The notes below the pieces were generated by a model, which worked only from the letters and a program-made list of their open reading frames with translations, ran no database searches and was not told the DNA's origin. Positions 1-9,272 of a DNA stretch of 64,000 nucleotides are shown here, one piece after another. The stretch is from Rudaea sp. (lineage in GTDB: Bacteria > Pseudomonadota > Gammaproteobacteria > Xanthomonadales > Rhodanobacteraceae). The stretch spans positions 39,427 to 103,426 of the forward strand of contig JARLJU010000132.1 of assembly GCA_031291055.1 (NCBI GenBank), read 5' to 3'. The position numbers were made by a program, and so were the translations under genes. Within the stretch, counting starts at the first letter, position 1, and the number at the start of each line of letters is the position of its first letter.

Positions 1-71
1 AAGAACGCAGCGCCCACGGCGTGCCGCGACTGGCGCTGCCTTCCGCCATGCACGACTGACTGTTCCGCGCG

Positions 72-659
72 CTATCGCGGAACGTGATCCACGGATTCGA
101 CGTGGCCGTTGCGCAGGTGCAGAACGTACAGGAAGTTGCTGCCAAGGTCGTAGACCCAGTCTTCCAGGTAGTTGTCCGTCTCGCTGAAGGTGCCAGGAGC
201 AAGGCGCCGCAAAGTCGTGCCGGGCTGGCTGTTGCGCGACAGCGGCTCGCCGCAATAGGCGACCAGCTCGCCACTGCTCATGCCGCGGAGAAGTTTGGTC
301 GGACCGCATGAATCGCCGATGTCATCGACGCCATAGCCGAGGGTTTCCTCGCGCAGGAAGTGACCGTTGCGGAACAGGATGCGCACCAGGAGACGGTTCG
401 AGCCAAAATTGTAGAACCATGCGCTGTAGACATTCTGCTGCAACGTCTGCACGGGCAGGTCGGTGTTGCTGGTGATGACCTGGTAGTGATCCTCGATCCA
501 GAACGGATCGCCACAGCGATCGCGCACCTGAAAATCATAGTCGCCCGCGGTCACCAGGCGACTGCCGCAACGCAGCGCGTGCGCTGCCGGAGTCAGCGCC
601 AGCAACAACAGCGCGCACAGCACGAAGCGGCCCGGATTGCTCATGCGTCGAATGCTCAT
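72..659 (-). CDS. Secreted protein with two tandem DUF2845-like domains
   Basis: Signal peptide ending AHA, then RCGSRLV..GD...V..RCGDP...WFYNFG; second copy CG..(G)MS..ELVAYCGEP...WVYDLG. Start may be 644. Confidence 0.75.
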   Translation of the reverse strand: MSIRRMSNPGRFVLCALLLLALTPAAHALRCGSRLVTAGDYDFQVRDRCGDPFWIEDHYQVITSNTDLPVQTLQQNVYSAWFYNFGSNRLLVRILFRNGHFLREETLGYGVDDIGDSCGPTKLLRGMSSGELVAYCGEPLSRNSQPGTTLRRLAPGTFSETDNYLEDWVYDLGSNFLYVLHLRNGHVESVDHVPR

Positions 660-1708
660 GCGTCGTGGATTCCCGCTCGCGCCTGGAGGATTTGCGCCAG
701 CACGTCCGGCGCGTAGTCAAATGAATCGTAATAGAGGCGTTCTTCCGGCAATCCGGCCTGAACGAAGCTGCGCCGCCCTGCGTCGATCAGCGCCGGCGGT
801 CCGCTCATGTAGATGTCGAATGACGACAGGTCGGGGTGATCCTCGAGTACGGCCTCGTGAACCAGGCCGCAGCGTTCGCCGAATGCGGCATCCACGGCGG
901 AAACGACGGGCACGAAGTTCAGCGTCGGGGTCGTCGCCGCCCAGCGTTCGGGCAGGGCGCGCAGGTAGAGTTCCTGTGGCGCCCGCGCGCCCCAATATAC
1001 GTGCATTGCGCGGCGCGTTCCCAACTGCAGGAAATGCTCGACGATTGCCTTGATCGGCGCAAAACCCGTACCGCCGGCGACGAGAATCATGGGACGTTCG
1101 GAGTCCTCGCGCGGCACAAAAGTTCCAAGCGGCGCTTCCACGCGCAGCACCGCGCCGGGCGCCAGCTCGTTGAACACCCGATGGGTGAAATCGCCGCCGG
1201 CGACGTGACGCACATGCAGTTCGATATCCGGTCCGAGGTGCGGTGCATTGGCAATCGAGAAGGCGCGGCGCTTGCCGCCGGCGAGCAGCACGTCCAGATA
1301 CTGGCCGGCCAGATGGACCAACGGCTCAGCGCGCGGTGGCGACAGGCGCAGCAGCATGACGTCCGGTGCGAGCAGCCGCTTTTCCATCAGCTTCAGCGGC
1401 AATACGCGCCGCGGCATGCCGGCAACCGAAGCGACTTCGCGTGCGGCGATGACCAGATCGCCTTGCGGCACGGCCTGGCACAGCAGCACCTGATGGCGTG
1501 CTACTTCCGCCGCGTTCAGCCCAGTGGGCGGATTGTGCGGGTAGTGGCATTCGCCGGAAACCAGGGTCGCCTTGCAACTGCCGCAGACGCCGGCCAGGCA
1601 GCTGTAGGGCAGCGCCAGACCCGCACGGCGGGCGGCGTCGAGCACGCTCTCCTCGGGCTGTGCCTGGAATTGCTTGCCGCTGGCTTGCAGGGTAATGGTG
1701 TAGGGCAC
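656..1708 (-). CDS. 2Fe-2S ferredoxin / FAD-NAD(P)H oxidoreductase (CDP-6-deoxy-delta-3,4-glucoseen reductase-like family)
   Basis: YSCLAGVCGSC...LLC 2Fe-2S motif, RAFSIAN flavin motif, AGGTGFAP NAD motif, C-terminal YYDSF. Confidence 0.88.
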   Translation of the reverse strand: MPYTITLQASGKQFQAQPEESVLDAARRAGLALPYSCLAGVCGSCKATLVSGECHYPHNPPTGLNAAEVARHQVLLCQAVPQGDLVIAAREVASVAGMPRRVLPLKLMEKRLLAPDVMLLRLSPPRAEPLVHLAGQYLDVLLAGGKRRAFSIANAPHLGPDIELHVRHVAGGDFTHRVFNELAPGAVLRVEAPLGTFVPREDSERPMILVAGGTGFAPIKAIVEHFLQLGTRRAMHVYWGARAPQELYLRALPERWAATTPTLNFVPVVSAVDAAFGERCGLVHEAVLEDHPDLSSFDIYMSGPPALIDAGRRSFVQAGLPEERLYYDSFDYAPDVLAQILQARAGIHDA

Positions 1709-1807
1709 AGTGCGCGGGATTGTCGCCGATCACAACGGCCGATTGCGACTGTCGTCCCGGAGCGTTGCTATAGTCGCGTGCATATCGTTGCCCGTTGGAG
1801 AGAAAAA

Positions 1808-2245
1808 ATGCTGTTATGGAAACAGGATGCCTCGCTGGAGCGCATCAATGCGGGCAGCCGCAACACTCTGTGCGACGCGCTCGGCATTGTGATCACCGAG
1901 ATCGGCGACGACTATGTGCGCGGCACCATGCCGGTCGATGCGCGCACGCACCAACCGTTTGGCCTGTTGCATGGCGGCGCCTCGGTCGCGCTGGCGGAAA
2001 CGCTGGGCAGCCTCGCCGGAAATCTCTGCCTGGGTACGGACACGGAAGTGGCGGTCGGACTCGACATCAATGCCAATCATGTGCGCGCGGTGACCAGCGG
2101 CAGCGTGACCGGCACGGCGCGCGCGCTGCATATCGGACGCGCAACCCAGGTGTGGGAAATCCGCATCGAGGACATCGCGCAAAGGCTGGTCTGCATTTCG
2201 CGCCTGACCCTGGCCGTGGTGCCGCGCAAGGCACCGGCCGGTTGA
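1808..2245 (+). CDS. Hotdog-fold acyl-CoA thioesterase (PaaI/YdiI/MenI family)
   Basis: MPVDARTHQPFGLLHGGASVALAETLGS, GLDINANHVR; ATG at 1808 after an AG-rich SD. Confidence 0.9.
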   Translation: MLLWKQDASLERINAGSRNTLCDALGIVITEIGDDYVRGTMPVDARTHQPFGLLHGGASVALAETLGSLAGNLCLGTDTEVAVGLDINANHVRAVTSGSVTGTARALHIGRATQVWEIRIEDIAQRLVCISRLTLAVVPRKAPAG

Positions 2246-2246
2246 C

Positions 2247-3221
2247 GTGAACCCAGTTGACGTGACGCCGGCCGGAACGCCGTATGCGAATCTGAGCCCC
2301 GACGTCGTCCTGGCCGCCGTGGAATCGGCGGGCATCGCGACCGATGGCCGCCTGCTGGCGCTCAACAGTTTTGAAAACCGGGTCTACCAGGTCGGCGTCG
2401 AGAACGACAAGCCGCTGGTCGCAAAGTTCTACCGCGGCGGTCGGTGGAGCGATGCGGCGATCAGCGAAGAACACGCGTTCGCGCTGGAATTGGCCGCTGC
2501 CGAGCTGCCGGTCGTTGCGCCGCTGCCATTCGCCGGCGCCACGTTGCTGCATTTCTCACAATTTCGTTTCGCCCTGTATCCGCGCCAGGGCGGCCGCGCG
2601 CCGGAACTGGAATCGGCGGACAATCTCATGTGGATGGGCCGCCTGCTGGCGCGCCTGCACGGGGTCGGTTCGCGCGCCGTGTTCCGTGCCCGCGGCGAGC
2701 TCGACCGGCAGACACTGGTCCAGGCGCCGTCGCGCGCCGTCCTCGACTCAGCGCTGTTGCCGTCCGCGTTGCACGAGCGGTACGCGCGAACGATCGAATC
2801 GCTCGATGCGCTGATCGCGGCGCGTTTTGCCGAAGCTGGCGCAATCGCGAACCTGCGTCTGCATGGCGATTGCCATGCCGGCAACGTGCTATGGACGGAC
2901 GCCGGGCCGCATTTCGTCGATCTGGACGATGCACGCATGGGCCCCGCGGTACAGGACCTGTGGATGCTGGCGCCGACGCCGCGAATGCTGCAGATCCTGC
3001 TCGAAGGCTACGCCGAGTTCCGCGATTTCAACTGGCGTGAGCAGGTGCTGGTCGAACCGCTGCGGATCATGCGCCAGATCCACTACGCCGGCTGGATCGC
3101 GCAGCGCTGGGACGATCCGGCGTTTCCGCGCGCATTCCCGTTTGCCGCCGAAGCGCGCTGGTGGGAACAGCATCTGGCCGACCTGCTGGAAGCGGCGTCG
3201 AGCCTTGATGCGGTGGAGTAG
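2247..3221 (+). CDS. srkA: Stress response Ser/Thr protein kinase SrkA (RdoA/YihE)
   Basis: LNSFENRVY, AKFYR..RWS..AI.EEHAF, RLHGDCHAGN, VDLDD, WIAQRWDDPAFP. Confidence 0.92.
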   Translation: MNPVDVTPAGTPYANLSPDVVLAAVESAGIATDGRLLALNSFENRVYQVGVENDKPLVAKFYRGGRWSDAAISEEHAFALELAAAELPVVAPLPFAGATLLHFSQFRFALYPRQGGRAPELESADNLMWMGRLLARLHGVGSRAVFRARGELDRQTLVQAPSRAVLDSALLPSALHERYARTIESLDALIAARFAEAGAIANLRLHGDCHAGNVLWTDAGPHFVDLDDARMGPAVQDLWMLAPTPRMLQILLEGYAEFRDFNWREQVLVEPLRIMRQIHYAGWIAQRWDDPAFPRAFPFAAEARWWEQHLADLLEAASSLDAVE

Positions 3222-3292
3222 CGCGCCGCCGGTATCCTGTTGCAACGCAACACTGGCGGCTTTCCGGCCGCTTCGCTAACATCCCCAGGGCA

Positions 3293-4093
3293 ATGCACGC
3301 AACCGTCGAAACGCCCACCCTGCACCCGGACTGGCTGCGCCCGCTGCGCTACCTTTGGCGAGTGCCGTTGTTGCTGCTGCACATTCTGATCGCCTTCCCG
3401 CTCGCTTTCTCCGTATTCAATCCGCTGGCCTTGCGCTGCCGCATCGGCGGCCAGCGCCTGGATCATTGGATGACCTGCTGGTGGTCGCGACGGCTGGTGC
3501 GCCTGTTCGGCTTCCGCATCCGCCGTTTCGGCGAACCGCTGCCGGGTGCCGTACTGTTCGTGGCCAATCACGTGTCATGGATGGATATCGAGCTGATGCA
3601 CAGCCAGCGCATCATGAGTTTCGTCGCCAAGGCCGAGATCGAGCGCTGGCCGCTGGTCGGCTGGCTGGCCACGCGCGCCGGCACGATCTATCACCAGCGC
3701 GGCAGCACGCATTCGCTGGGCGCGGTGATGGAACGCGTCGTTGCCCGTCTGCAGCAGGGCATGGCCGTGGGCGTGTTTCCGGAAGGTGGCACCGGGCCGG
3801 GCGACCGCCTGCGAACCTTTCATGCGCGGATTTTCCAGGTGGCGATCGACGCCGGCGTGCCTATCCAGCCGGTGGCACTGTGCTACGGACGCAACGGTCG
3901 CATGGATCTGCGTGTGCCGTTTGCTCCGAAGGAAAGCTTCTTTGCCAATTTCCTGCGCATTCTCGGCGGCCCGCGGCTGGATGCGGAAGTGCATTTCCTC
4001 GAGCCGGTAGCCCTGCATGGCGATGGCCGCCGGCAGATTGCCGAGGCCGCGCGCTCGCGCATCGCCGCGGCGCTCGGCTACATCGATCCATGA
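3293..4093 (+). CDS. Lysophospholipid / 1-acyl-glycerol-3-phosphate acyltransferase family protein
   Basis: ANHVSWMD (HX4D), FVAKAEI..WP, VFPEG motifs. Confidence 0.88.
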   Translation: MHATVETPTLHPDWLRPLRYLWRVPLLLLHILIAFPLAFSVFNPLALRCRIGGQRLDHWMTCWWSRRLVRLFGFRIRRFGEPLPGAVLFVANHVSWMDIELMHSQRIMSFVAKAEIERWPLVGWLATRAGTIYHQRGSTHSLGAVMERVVARLQQGMAVGVFPEGGTGPGDRLRTFHARIFQVAIDAGVPIQPVALCYGRNGRMDLRVPFAPKESFFANFLRILGGPRLDAEVHFLEPVALHGDGRRQIAEAARSRIAAALGYIDP

Positions 4094-5115
4094 GCGTGCC
4101 GACATCCTTCCATCCGCGTCGCTGGCTGCGCAATCCGCATGTGCAATCGGTGCTGGCATCCAGTGGCGTGCGCAGCATGCTGTTCCGCCGCCGCCGCGCG
4201 ATGCTGGAAAACGGCGCGACCGAGCACATTCTGGACTGCGGCAACGGCGTGCGCCTGCAGGGCTTCCATTCGCGCCAGTCCGCGCTGGCCAGACCGCGTG
4301 CCCTGGTCGTGTTGCTGCATGGCTGGGAAGGCAGCGTGCAGTCGAGCTATATCCTGCATACGGGCAGTCGGCTGCTCGCCGAGGGCTGTGATGTTTTCCG
4401 GCTCAATTTCCGCGATCACGGCCAAACCCATCATCTCAATGCCGAGCTGTTCCACTCCTGCCGCATCGATGAAGTCGTCGGCGCGGTGCGCCAGATAGCG
4501 AGACTTTTTCCCGACCAGCCACTGGCGATCGGCGGCTTTTCGCTGGGCGGCAATTTTGCCCTGCGCGTCGCGCTGCATGCGCCCGCCGGAGGCATTTCAC
4601 TGGCCTGGGTGTTTGCCGTCTGTCCGGTCATCCGGCCGCGCGCGGCACTCACCTCGATCGAGAATGCGCCGTGGTTCTACGAGCGCTATTTCATGCACAA
4701 ATGGCGCGGTTCGTTGCGCAGGAAGCAGGCGCTTTTTCCACAAAGGGAACTTTTCAGCAAGACCGAACTGCGCGGCAACATGCGCGAACTGACTCGCAGC
4801 ATGGTCTTGCGGCACACGGATTTCGGCACCCTGGAAAATTATCTGGACGGCTATTCGATCGCCGGCGACAGACTCGCGGCGCTGGCGATGCCGGCCACCA
4901 TTCTTACCGCCGAAGACGACCCGGTGATTCCGGTCGCCGAATTCCGCGCGCTCGCGCTCGCCCCGGCCACCGAGCTTTGCATTGTTGCGCATGGCGGCCA
5001 CTGTGGTTTCATCGGCGACCTGTCGCTGCGCAGCTGGGCCGAGGATTTCATCGTCGCGCGCCTGGATCGTGCGATCGGCGCGTCAGCCGCGCCAGAGCGG
5101 GTGCTGAAGGCGTAG
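4090..5115 (+). CDS. YheT-family alpha/beta hydrolase
   Basis: RNPHVQS, LHGWEGS, GFSLGG nucleophile elbow, DDPVI, GGHCGF; ATGA overlap with upstream gene. Confidence 0.88.
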   Translation: MSVPTSFHPRRWLRNPHVQSVLASSGVRSMLFRRRRAMLENGATEHILDCGNGVRLQGFHSRQSALARPRALVVLLHGWEGSVQSSYILHTGSRLLAEGCDVFRLNFRDHGQTHHLNAELFHSCRIDEVVGAVRQIARLFPDQPLAIGGFSLGGNFALRVALHAPAGGISLAWVFAVCPVIRPRAALTSIENAPWFYERYFMHKWRGSLRRKQALFPQRELFSKTELRGNMRELTRSMVLRHTDFGTLENYLDGYSIAGDRLAALAMPATILTAEDDPVIPVAEFRALALAPATELCIVAHGGHCGFIGDLSLRSWAEDFIVARLDRAIGASAAPERVLKA

Positions 5116-5129
5116 CGGGAGTCGGGTTC

Positions 5130-6623
5130 TCAGCCGGCGGAAACGGTACGCCCCTGCGCCCAGGCGCGCAGTGCGGCAACCTGCTCGGCCATCAGCACCG
5201 ACAGAGGCCGCGTCTCGTGCAATGCGTTCTCGATATGCTTTTGTGTAATTGTGCAGTTTTCTGCATTCGCGGCATATTGCGCCGACACGACCGCCTGCTC
5301 GATCTCGGCGCCGGAGAATCCATCCGCTGCCGCGGCCAGTGCGGCAAGATCGAAATTCTCCGGCTTCAGCCCGCGTTTGCCCAGGTGGATCGTGAAAATC
5401 TCCACGCGCGCCGCCGCTGCCGGCAGATCGACGAAGAAGATTTCATCGAAGCGGCCCTTGCGCAGCAGTTCGGCTGGCAGGTCGCGAACCTGGTTGGCGG
5501 TGGCGACCAGAAACACGGCTTCACGCCGCTCGGCCATCCAGGTCAGCAGATAGCCAAGCACGCGCCGCGAGACGCCGTCGTCGTTGTCGCCGCCGGCCAG
5601 GGCCTTTTCGATTTCGTCGACCCAAAGCACGCACGGTGCGAGCTGTTCGGCATGCTTGAGCGATTCGCGCAGGTTTCGCTCGGTTTCACCATGGTACTTG
5701 TTGTAGAGCGTGCCGAAATCCAGGCGCACCAGCGGCGTGCCAAAGCCGCCAGCGACGGCCTTCGCCGCCAGGCTCTTGCCGCAGCCCTGTACGCCCAGCA
5801 GCAGCAGACCCTTGGGCGGATCAAGCTTTGCCGCCGATGCCAGACCGAGAAAGGCCGCACGTCGCTGCGTGATCCACTGCTTCAGATGCACCAGGCCGGC
5901 CACATCGGCAAAGCGCGCGGTATCGTATTCAAAATGCAGCAGGCCGTCCTTGTTCAGCAACTCGAACTTGGCGCGCGCCAGTTCGGCCACATCGGATTGG
6001 GTCAGGGCGCCATCGGCGTAGATGAGCTTGCGCACGATGCGGCGCGCGTCGTCGACACTGAGGCCACGCAGGTTGCGCACCACGGCGCGCGCGGCATCGG
6101 CATCCACATCCACGCGCTTGCCGCCATTGTCGCGCGAGTAGGAGAAAGCTTCCTCGCGCACGATCTGCGCCAGCGCCTGGCTGTCGGGCAGGCTCAGCGC
6201 AAATCGCGTGGCGATCGGCTCGAGCTCTTCCGGCAGCTCGAGTTTGGGGCTGATCAGCACCAGCGTATGCGCAGCGCAACCCTGACGCTGGCAGATTTCG
6301 CGCAGCAGGCGCAGCGTCATCGTGTAGCGCAGGTACGGCTGGAAATCCAGCAGCAGGTAGATGCCCGCTTCGCTGTTGCGCTTGATAGCGAGCAGGGTCG
6401 CGCTGGCGTCGGGTGCGACATCGATATCGCGCTGTTCGTCGGCGTCCGTCGCCATGTCCAGACGCTTGAGCCCGTCGGTGATGCTCCAGCGATACAGCGG
6501 CCGCAGCACCTGCGCGATCAGGTGGCGAAAGGTGTCGAGAACGCGATTTTCCTCGCTGGTTTCGATCACGATCAGCGGTGTGGCGGCACGGATCAGCGTG
6601 GCCAGGTCTTGGAGTTCAGTCAT
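5130..6623 (-). CDS. AAA+ ATPase (Ycf46-like)
   Basis: GVQGCGKS Walker A, LWVDEIEK Walker B, ATAN, LRKGRFDEIFFVDLP; start taken at MTELQ. Confidence 0.88.
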   Translation of the reverse strand: MTELQDLATLIRAATPLIVIETSEENRVLDTFRHLIAQVLRPLYRWSITDGLKRLDMATDADEQRDIDVAPDASATLLAIKRNSEAGIYLLLDFQPYLRYTMTLRLLREICQRQGCAAHTLVLISPKLELPEELEPIATRFALSLPDSQALAQIVREEAFSYSRDNGGKRVDVDADAARAVVRNLRGLSVDDARRIVRKLIYADGALTQSDVAELARAKFELLNKDGLLHFEYDTARFADVAGLVHLKQWITQRRAAFLGLASAAKLDPPKGLLLLGVQGCGKSLAAKAVAGGFGTPLVRLDFGTLYNKYHGETERNLRESLKHAEQLAPCVLWVDEIEKALAGGDNDDGVSRRVLGYLLTWMAERREAVFLVATANQVRDLPAELLRKGRFDEIFFVDLPAAAARVEIFTIHLGKRGLKPENFDLAALAAAADGFSGAEIEQAVVSAQYAANAENCTITQKHIENALHETRPLSVLMAEQVAALRAWAQGRTVSAG

Positions 6624-6735
6624 GAGACGGATGGTGGCAGAAACAGGCCCGTAGCCTAACAGGAAGCGGCGCGGCTGCGGCATAATGGACGGCCCGGCCC
6701 ATCGCGCTGCGCACGGCGCAACGCTGCGAGATCCC

Positions 6736-7755
6736 ATGACTCTGGAAGAAGCACTCGAACGGCATAAAAGTGGGCGTCTGGACGCGGCCGAAGCGGCATA
6801 TCGCGAATGCCTGCAGGCGACGCCCGATGATGCCGATGCCTTGCATCTGCTCGGCGTCCTGTGCCAGCAGCGCGGTGATCATGCGCAGGCCGGTGACTTG
6901 ATCCGGCGCGCGCTCCAGATCGAACCCGAGAGTGTGCAATTCCATCTTTCGCTCGGTGGCGTGTTGATGCATGCGGGCGACGAGGCCGCCGCGCGCGCCA
7001 GTTTCGAGGCAGCGCTGGCGCTGGACCCGAATTCGATCGAAGCGCATGCGCTGACCGGACACGCGCAGCTGCGCCAGGGCGACATGGGCGGTGCGGAAGA
7101 CCGCTTCAGGATTGCCCGTCGCGCGGAGGAAGAAGACCCGCTCGTCCTGCTCGGACTCGGCAGCGTGTACCTGGCCCGGCGCGATGCGGTGAACGCGGCA
7201 AAGTTCCTCAGCCGCGCGGCGGAGCGCAAGCCCGATGACGTCGCAATCCAGACCAGCCTGGGCCAGGCGTTGTTCGAGCAGGGCGCATTCGCATTTGCCG
7301 AACAGGCATTTGCCAACGCGGTGCGCCTGCAGCCCGGTCTGGGTCTGGCCAGGCTGTACCTGGCGCGGGCGCGCCTGCGCCAGGACAAGAACGATGCGGC
7401 ACGCGAGTTGTTCACCGAACTCGCCGCCGAGAACGTGCAGGCTTTCGGCGCGAATGCGGGTCTCGGGGACGTGGCGCGCAAGGGCGGGCACGTGGTCAAG
7501 GCGCTGAAGTTCTATCGACGCGCCCTGTCGATCGATCCAGGGCACGCGGGCGCGGCCAACGCCTGCGCCTGGTGCATGGAGCAACTCGGTGATCTGGAAG
7601 GTGCCGTCCGGTATCTTGCGATGGGACTGCAGCATGCACCCGACGCGGAAGAGTTGCGCGTACCGCTGGCCGCCCTGCTCGAACGCATGGGGCGCGTAGA
7701 CGAGGCTGCACGCGTGCGTCAGGATGCTGCAAACAAGGGTGATTGCCGTGAGTGA
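6736..7755 (+). CDS. Tetratricopeptide repeat protein
   Basis: Multiple TPR units (ADALHLLG, ALQIEPE, ALALDPNS, ALSIDPGH). Confidence 0.85.
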   Translation: MTLEEALERHKSGRLDAAEAAYRECLQATPDDADALHLLGVLCQQRGDHAQAGDLIRRALQIEPESVQFHLSLGGVLMHAGDEAAARASFEAALALDPNSIEAHALTGHAQLRQGDMGGAEDRFRIARRAEEEDPLVLLGLGSVYLARRDAVNAAKFLSRAAERKPDDVAIQTSLGQALFEQGAFAFAEQAFANAVRLQPGLGLARLYLARARLRQDKNDAARELFTELAAENVQAFGANAGLGDVARKGGHVVKALKFYRRALSIDPGHAGAANACAWCMEQLGDLEGAVRYLAMGLQHAPDAEELRVPLAALLERMGRVDEAARVRQDAANKGDCRE

Positions 7756-9070
7756 TTCCATTTCCGTGAACAGCGGCGCGCTCGATGAAACCTTGCGCAC
7801 GGCGCGCGCGCTGGTCGAGCGGGGCCAGTCCTTGCAGGCCGAACAGGTGTATGTGCAAGTGCTGGCGGCGGCGCCGGACAACCTCGAAGCCCTGACGTCG
7901 CTCGGACTGCTGGCACTGGAGCAGCACCAGTATGGGCGCGCGGTGCATTTCCTCGACGGCGCGGTGGTGTCGGATCCGGCCAATCCGCAGCTGCTCAAGA
8001 ATCTCGGCCTGGCCTACCTTGGCCTGCAGCGCCTGGACGAGGCGCGCTTCACGCTGGACCGGGCATTGCAGATCTCGCCGGACTTCTTTGTCGCGCGCCT
8101 GCATCTGGCGCTGGCTGAGGAAGGCATCGGCCGCGAACAGGCAGCACTGCGTGATTATTTTCTCGCCATCCTGCAGGCACAGGCCCAGGATCGATGGCTG
8201 AACGACGCCACGACGGCGCCGCCCCTGCGCGAACTGGTCAAGCATGCAATGGCGTTTGTCGATCGCGGACGCAAACGCCTGTTCACCGGGGTACTGGGCC
8301 CGTTGCGCGCGGAACACGGCGATCTCGCGCTGCAGCGGGTGATGCACGCGCTGGACATCTATCTGGAGCTGGCACCGGCGAACATTCCCGACCCGCGCCA
8401 GAAGCCGAAATTCCTGTATTTCCCTGGGTTGCCGACCAGTGCCTATTTCGAGCGCGAACTGTTTCCCTGGTATGCGGAACTGGAACGCAACACGGACGTG
8501 ATCCGCGAAGAACTGCTCGGTGTGCTGCGCGACGAGCAAGGGCTGGAGCCCTTCATCAAGTTCAAATCAGCCGAGGAAATTCCGCAGTTCCTCGCCGGCG
8601 CCGACGGCAAGCCGGCGTGGGACGCGTTCTTCTTCTACCGTCATGGCGTACGCTACGATGACAACTGCGCGCGCTGTCCGCGCACGGCCGCCATCATCGA
8701 TGCCTTGCCGCTCGTGCACATCCGCGAACATGCGCCGGAGATCTGTTTCTCCGTGCTCACGCCGGGAACGCACATCCTGCCGCATCATGGCGTAACCAAC
8801 ACGCGCCTGGTCACGCACCTGCCGTTGATCGTGCCGGAGCGGTGCGCGATCCGCGTCGGCGGCGAGGAACACGCCTGGCAGGAGGGCCGTTGCATCACAT
8901 TCGACGATACCTTCGAACACGAAGCGTGGAATCGCGGCGACAGCACACGGGTAGTGCTGATCGCGGATTGCTGGAATCCCTACCTGAGCCAGGTGGAATG
9001 CGAGGCGGTTACCGAGCTGGTCACGGCGATCGGCGATTTCAATCGCGAATGCGGAATTTCAGCGGCCTGA
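7748..9070 (+). CDS. TPR-fused aspartyl/asparaginyl beta-hydroxylase-domain protein (Fe(II)/2OG oxygenase)
   Basis: N-terminal TPRs; C-terminal FSVLTPGTHILPHHG..N.RL..HLPL...W.EG...FDDTFEHEAWN...R.VLI.D.W.P typical of Asp_Arg_Hydrox; GTG start overlaps upstream gene end. Confidence 0.88.
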   Translation: MSDSISVNSGALDETLRTARALVERGQSLQAEQVYVQVLAAAPDNLEALTSLGLLALEQHQYGRAVHFLDGAVVSDPANPQLLKNLGLAYLGLQRLDEARFTLDRALQISPDFFVARLHLALAEEGIGREQAALRDYFLAILQAQAQDRWLNDATTAPPLRELVKHAMAFVDRGRKRLFTGVLGPLRAEHGDLALQRVMHALDIYLELAPANIPDPRQKPKFLYFPGLPTSAYFERELFPWYAELERNTDVIREELLGVLRDEQGLEPFIKFKSAEEIPQFLAGADGKPAWDAFFFYRHGVRYDDNCARCPRTAAIIDALPLVHIREHAPEICFSVLTPGTHILPHHGVTNTRLVTHLPLIVPERCAIRVGGEEHAWQEGRCITFDDTFEHEAWNRGDSTRVVLIADCWNPYLSQVECEAVTELVTAIGDFNRECGISAA

Positions 9071-9097
9071 GGTTCCATGAGCATCGCATGATTCGAA

Positions 9098-9146
9098 AAT
9101 GCATGATTGGTGCAAGTCTCGTTCTCGATTGTTCCGTTTTGGTGCA
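9098..9146 (+). promoter_or_regulatory. Tandem NtrC-type enhancer sites upstream of glnA
   Basis: Two TGGTGCA half-sites at 9108 and 9140 (32 bp apart); second site reads TGTTCCGTTTTGGTGCA versus consensus TGCACCAnnnTGGTGCA. Confidence 0.7.
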
Positions 9147-9178
9147 AAAAATGCTGTGGCAGGCAGCCTGCGATAAAG

Positions 9179-9191
9179 CAATCGATTGATT
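9179..9191 (-). promoter_or_regulatory. IHF binding site between enhancer and sigma54 promoter of glnA
   Basis: Minus strand AATCAA-TCGA-TTG matches WATCAAnnnnTTR. Confidence 0.65.
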
Positions 9192-9219
9192 TACAAGGTC
9201 GTATTTTACATTTTTCGGC

Positions 9220-9235
9220 TGGCACGGGCGTTGCT
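9220..9235 (+). promoter_or_regulatory. Sigma54 (-24/-12) promoter of glnA
   Basis: TGGCAC-GGGCG-TTGCT, exact GG-N10-GC spacing. Confidence 0.88.
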
Positions 9236-9272
9236 CTGACAAGCACGTCATTCAACATGCCAGGAATCTCCC

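Noticed and set aside
1-49. Possible start of a minus-strand gene (MAEGSASRGTPWALR...) running off the window
   Set aside because: Too short to support a call.
656-1708. Role in CDP-dideoxysugar biosynthesis
   Set aside because: No sugar pathway genes are adjacent; the family name is commonly applied to generic ferredoxin-NAD(P)H reductases.
836-1807. Long N-terminal extension of the thioesterase ORF; similar extensions on the hydrolase, leuC/D/B, ilvC, cbbP, cbbS, cbbZ and the activator
   Set aside because: They mostly overlap neighbouring genes, and family similarity begins at downstream starts; not true fusions.
4671-6659. 662-aa plus-strand ORF (and similar long ORFs such as 22200-24023, 37526-39640, 53903-55369)
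   Set aside because: Antisense shadows of well-supported genes, expected in high-GC DNA; no recognisable motifs.
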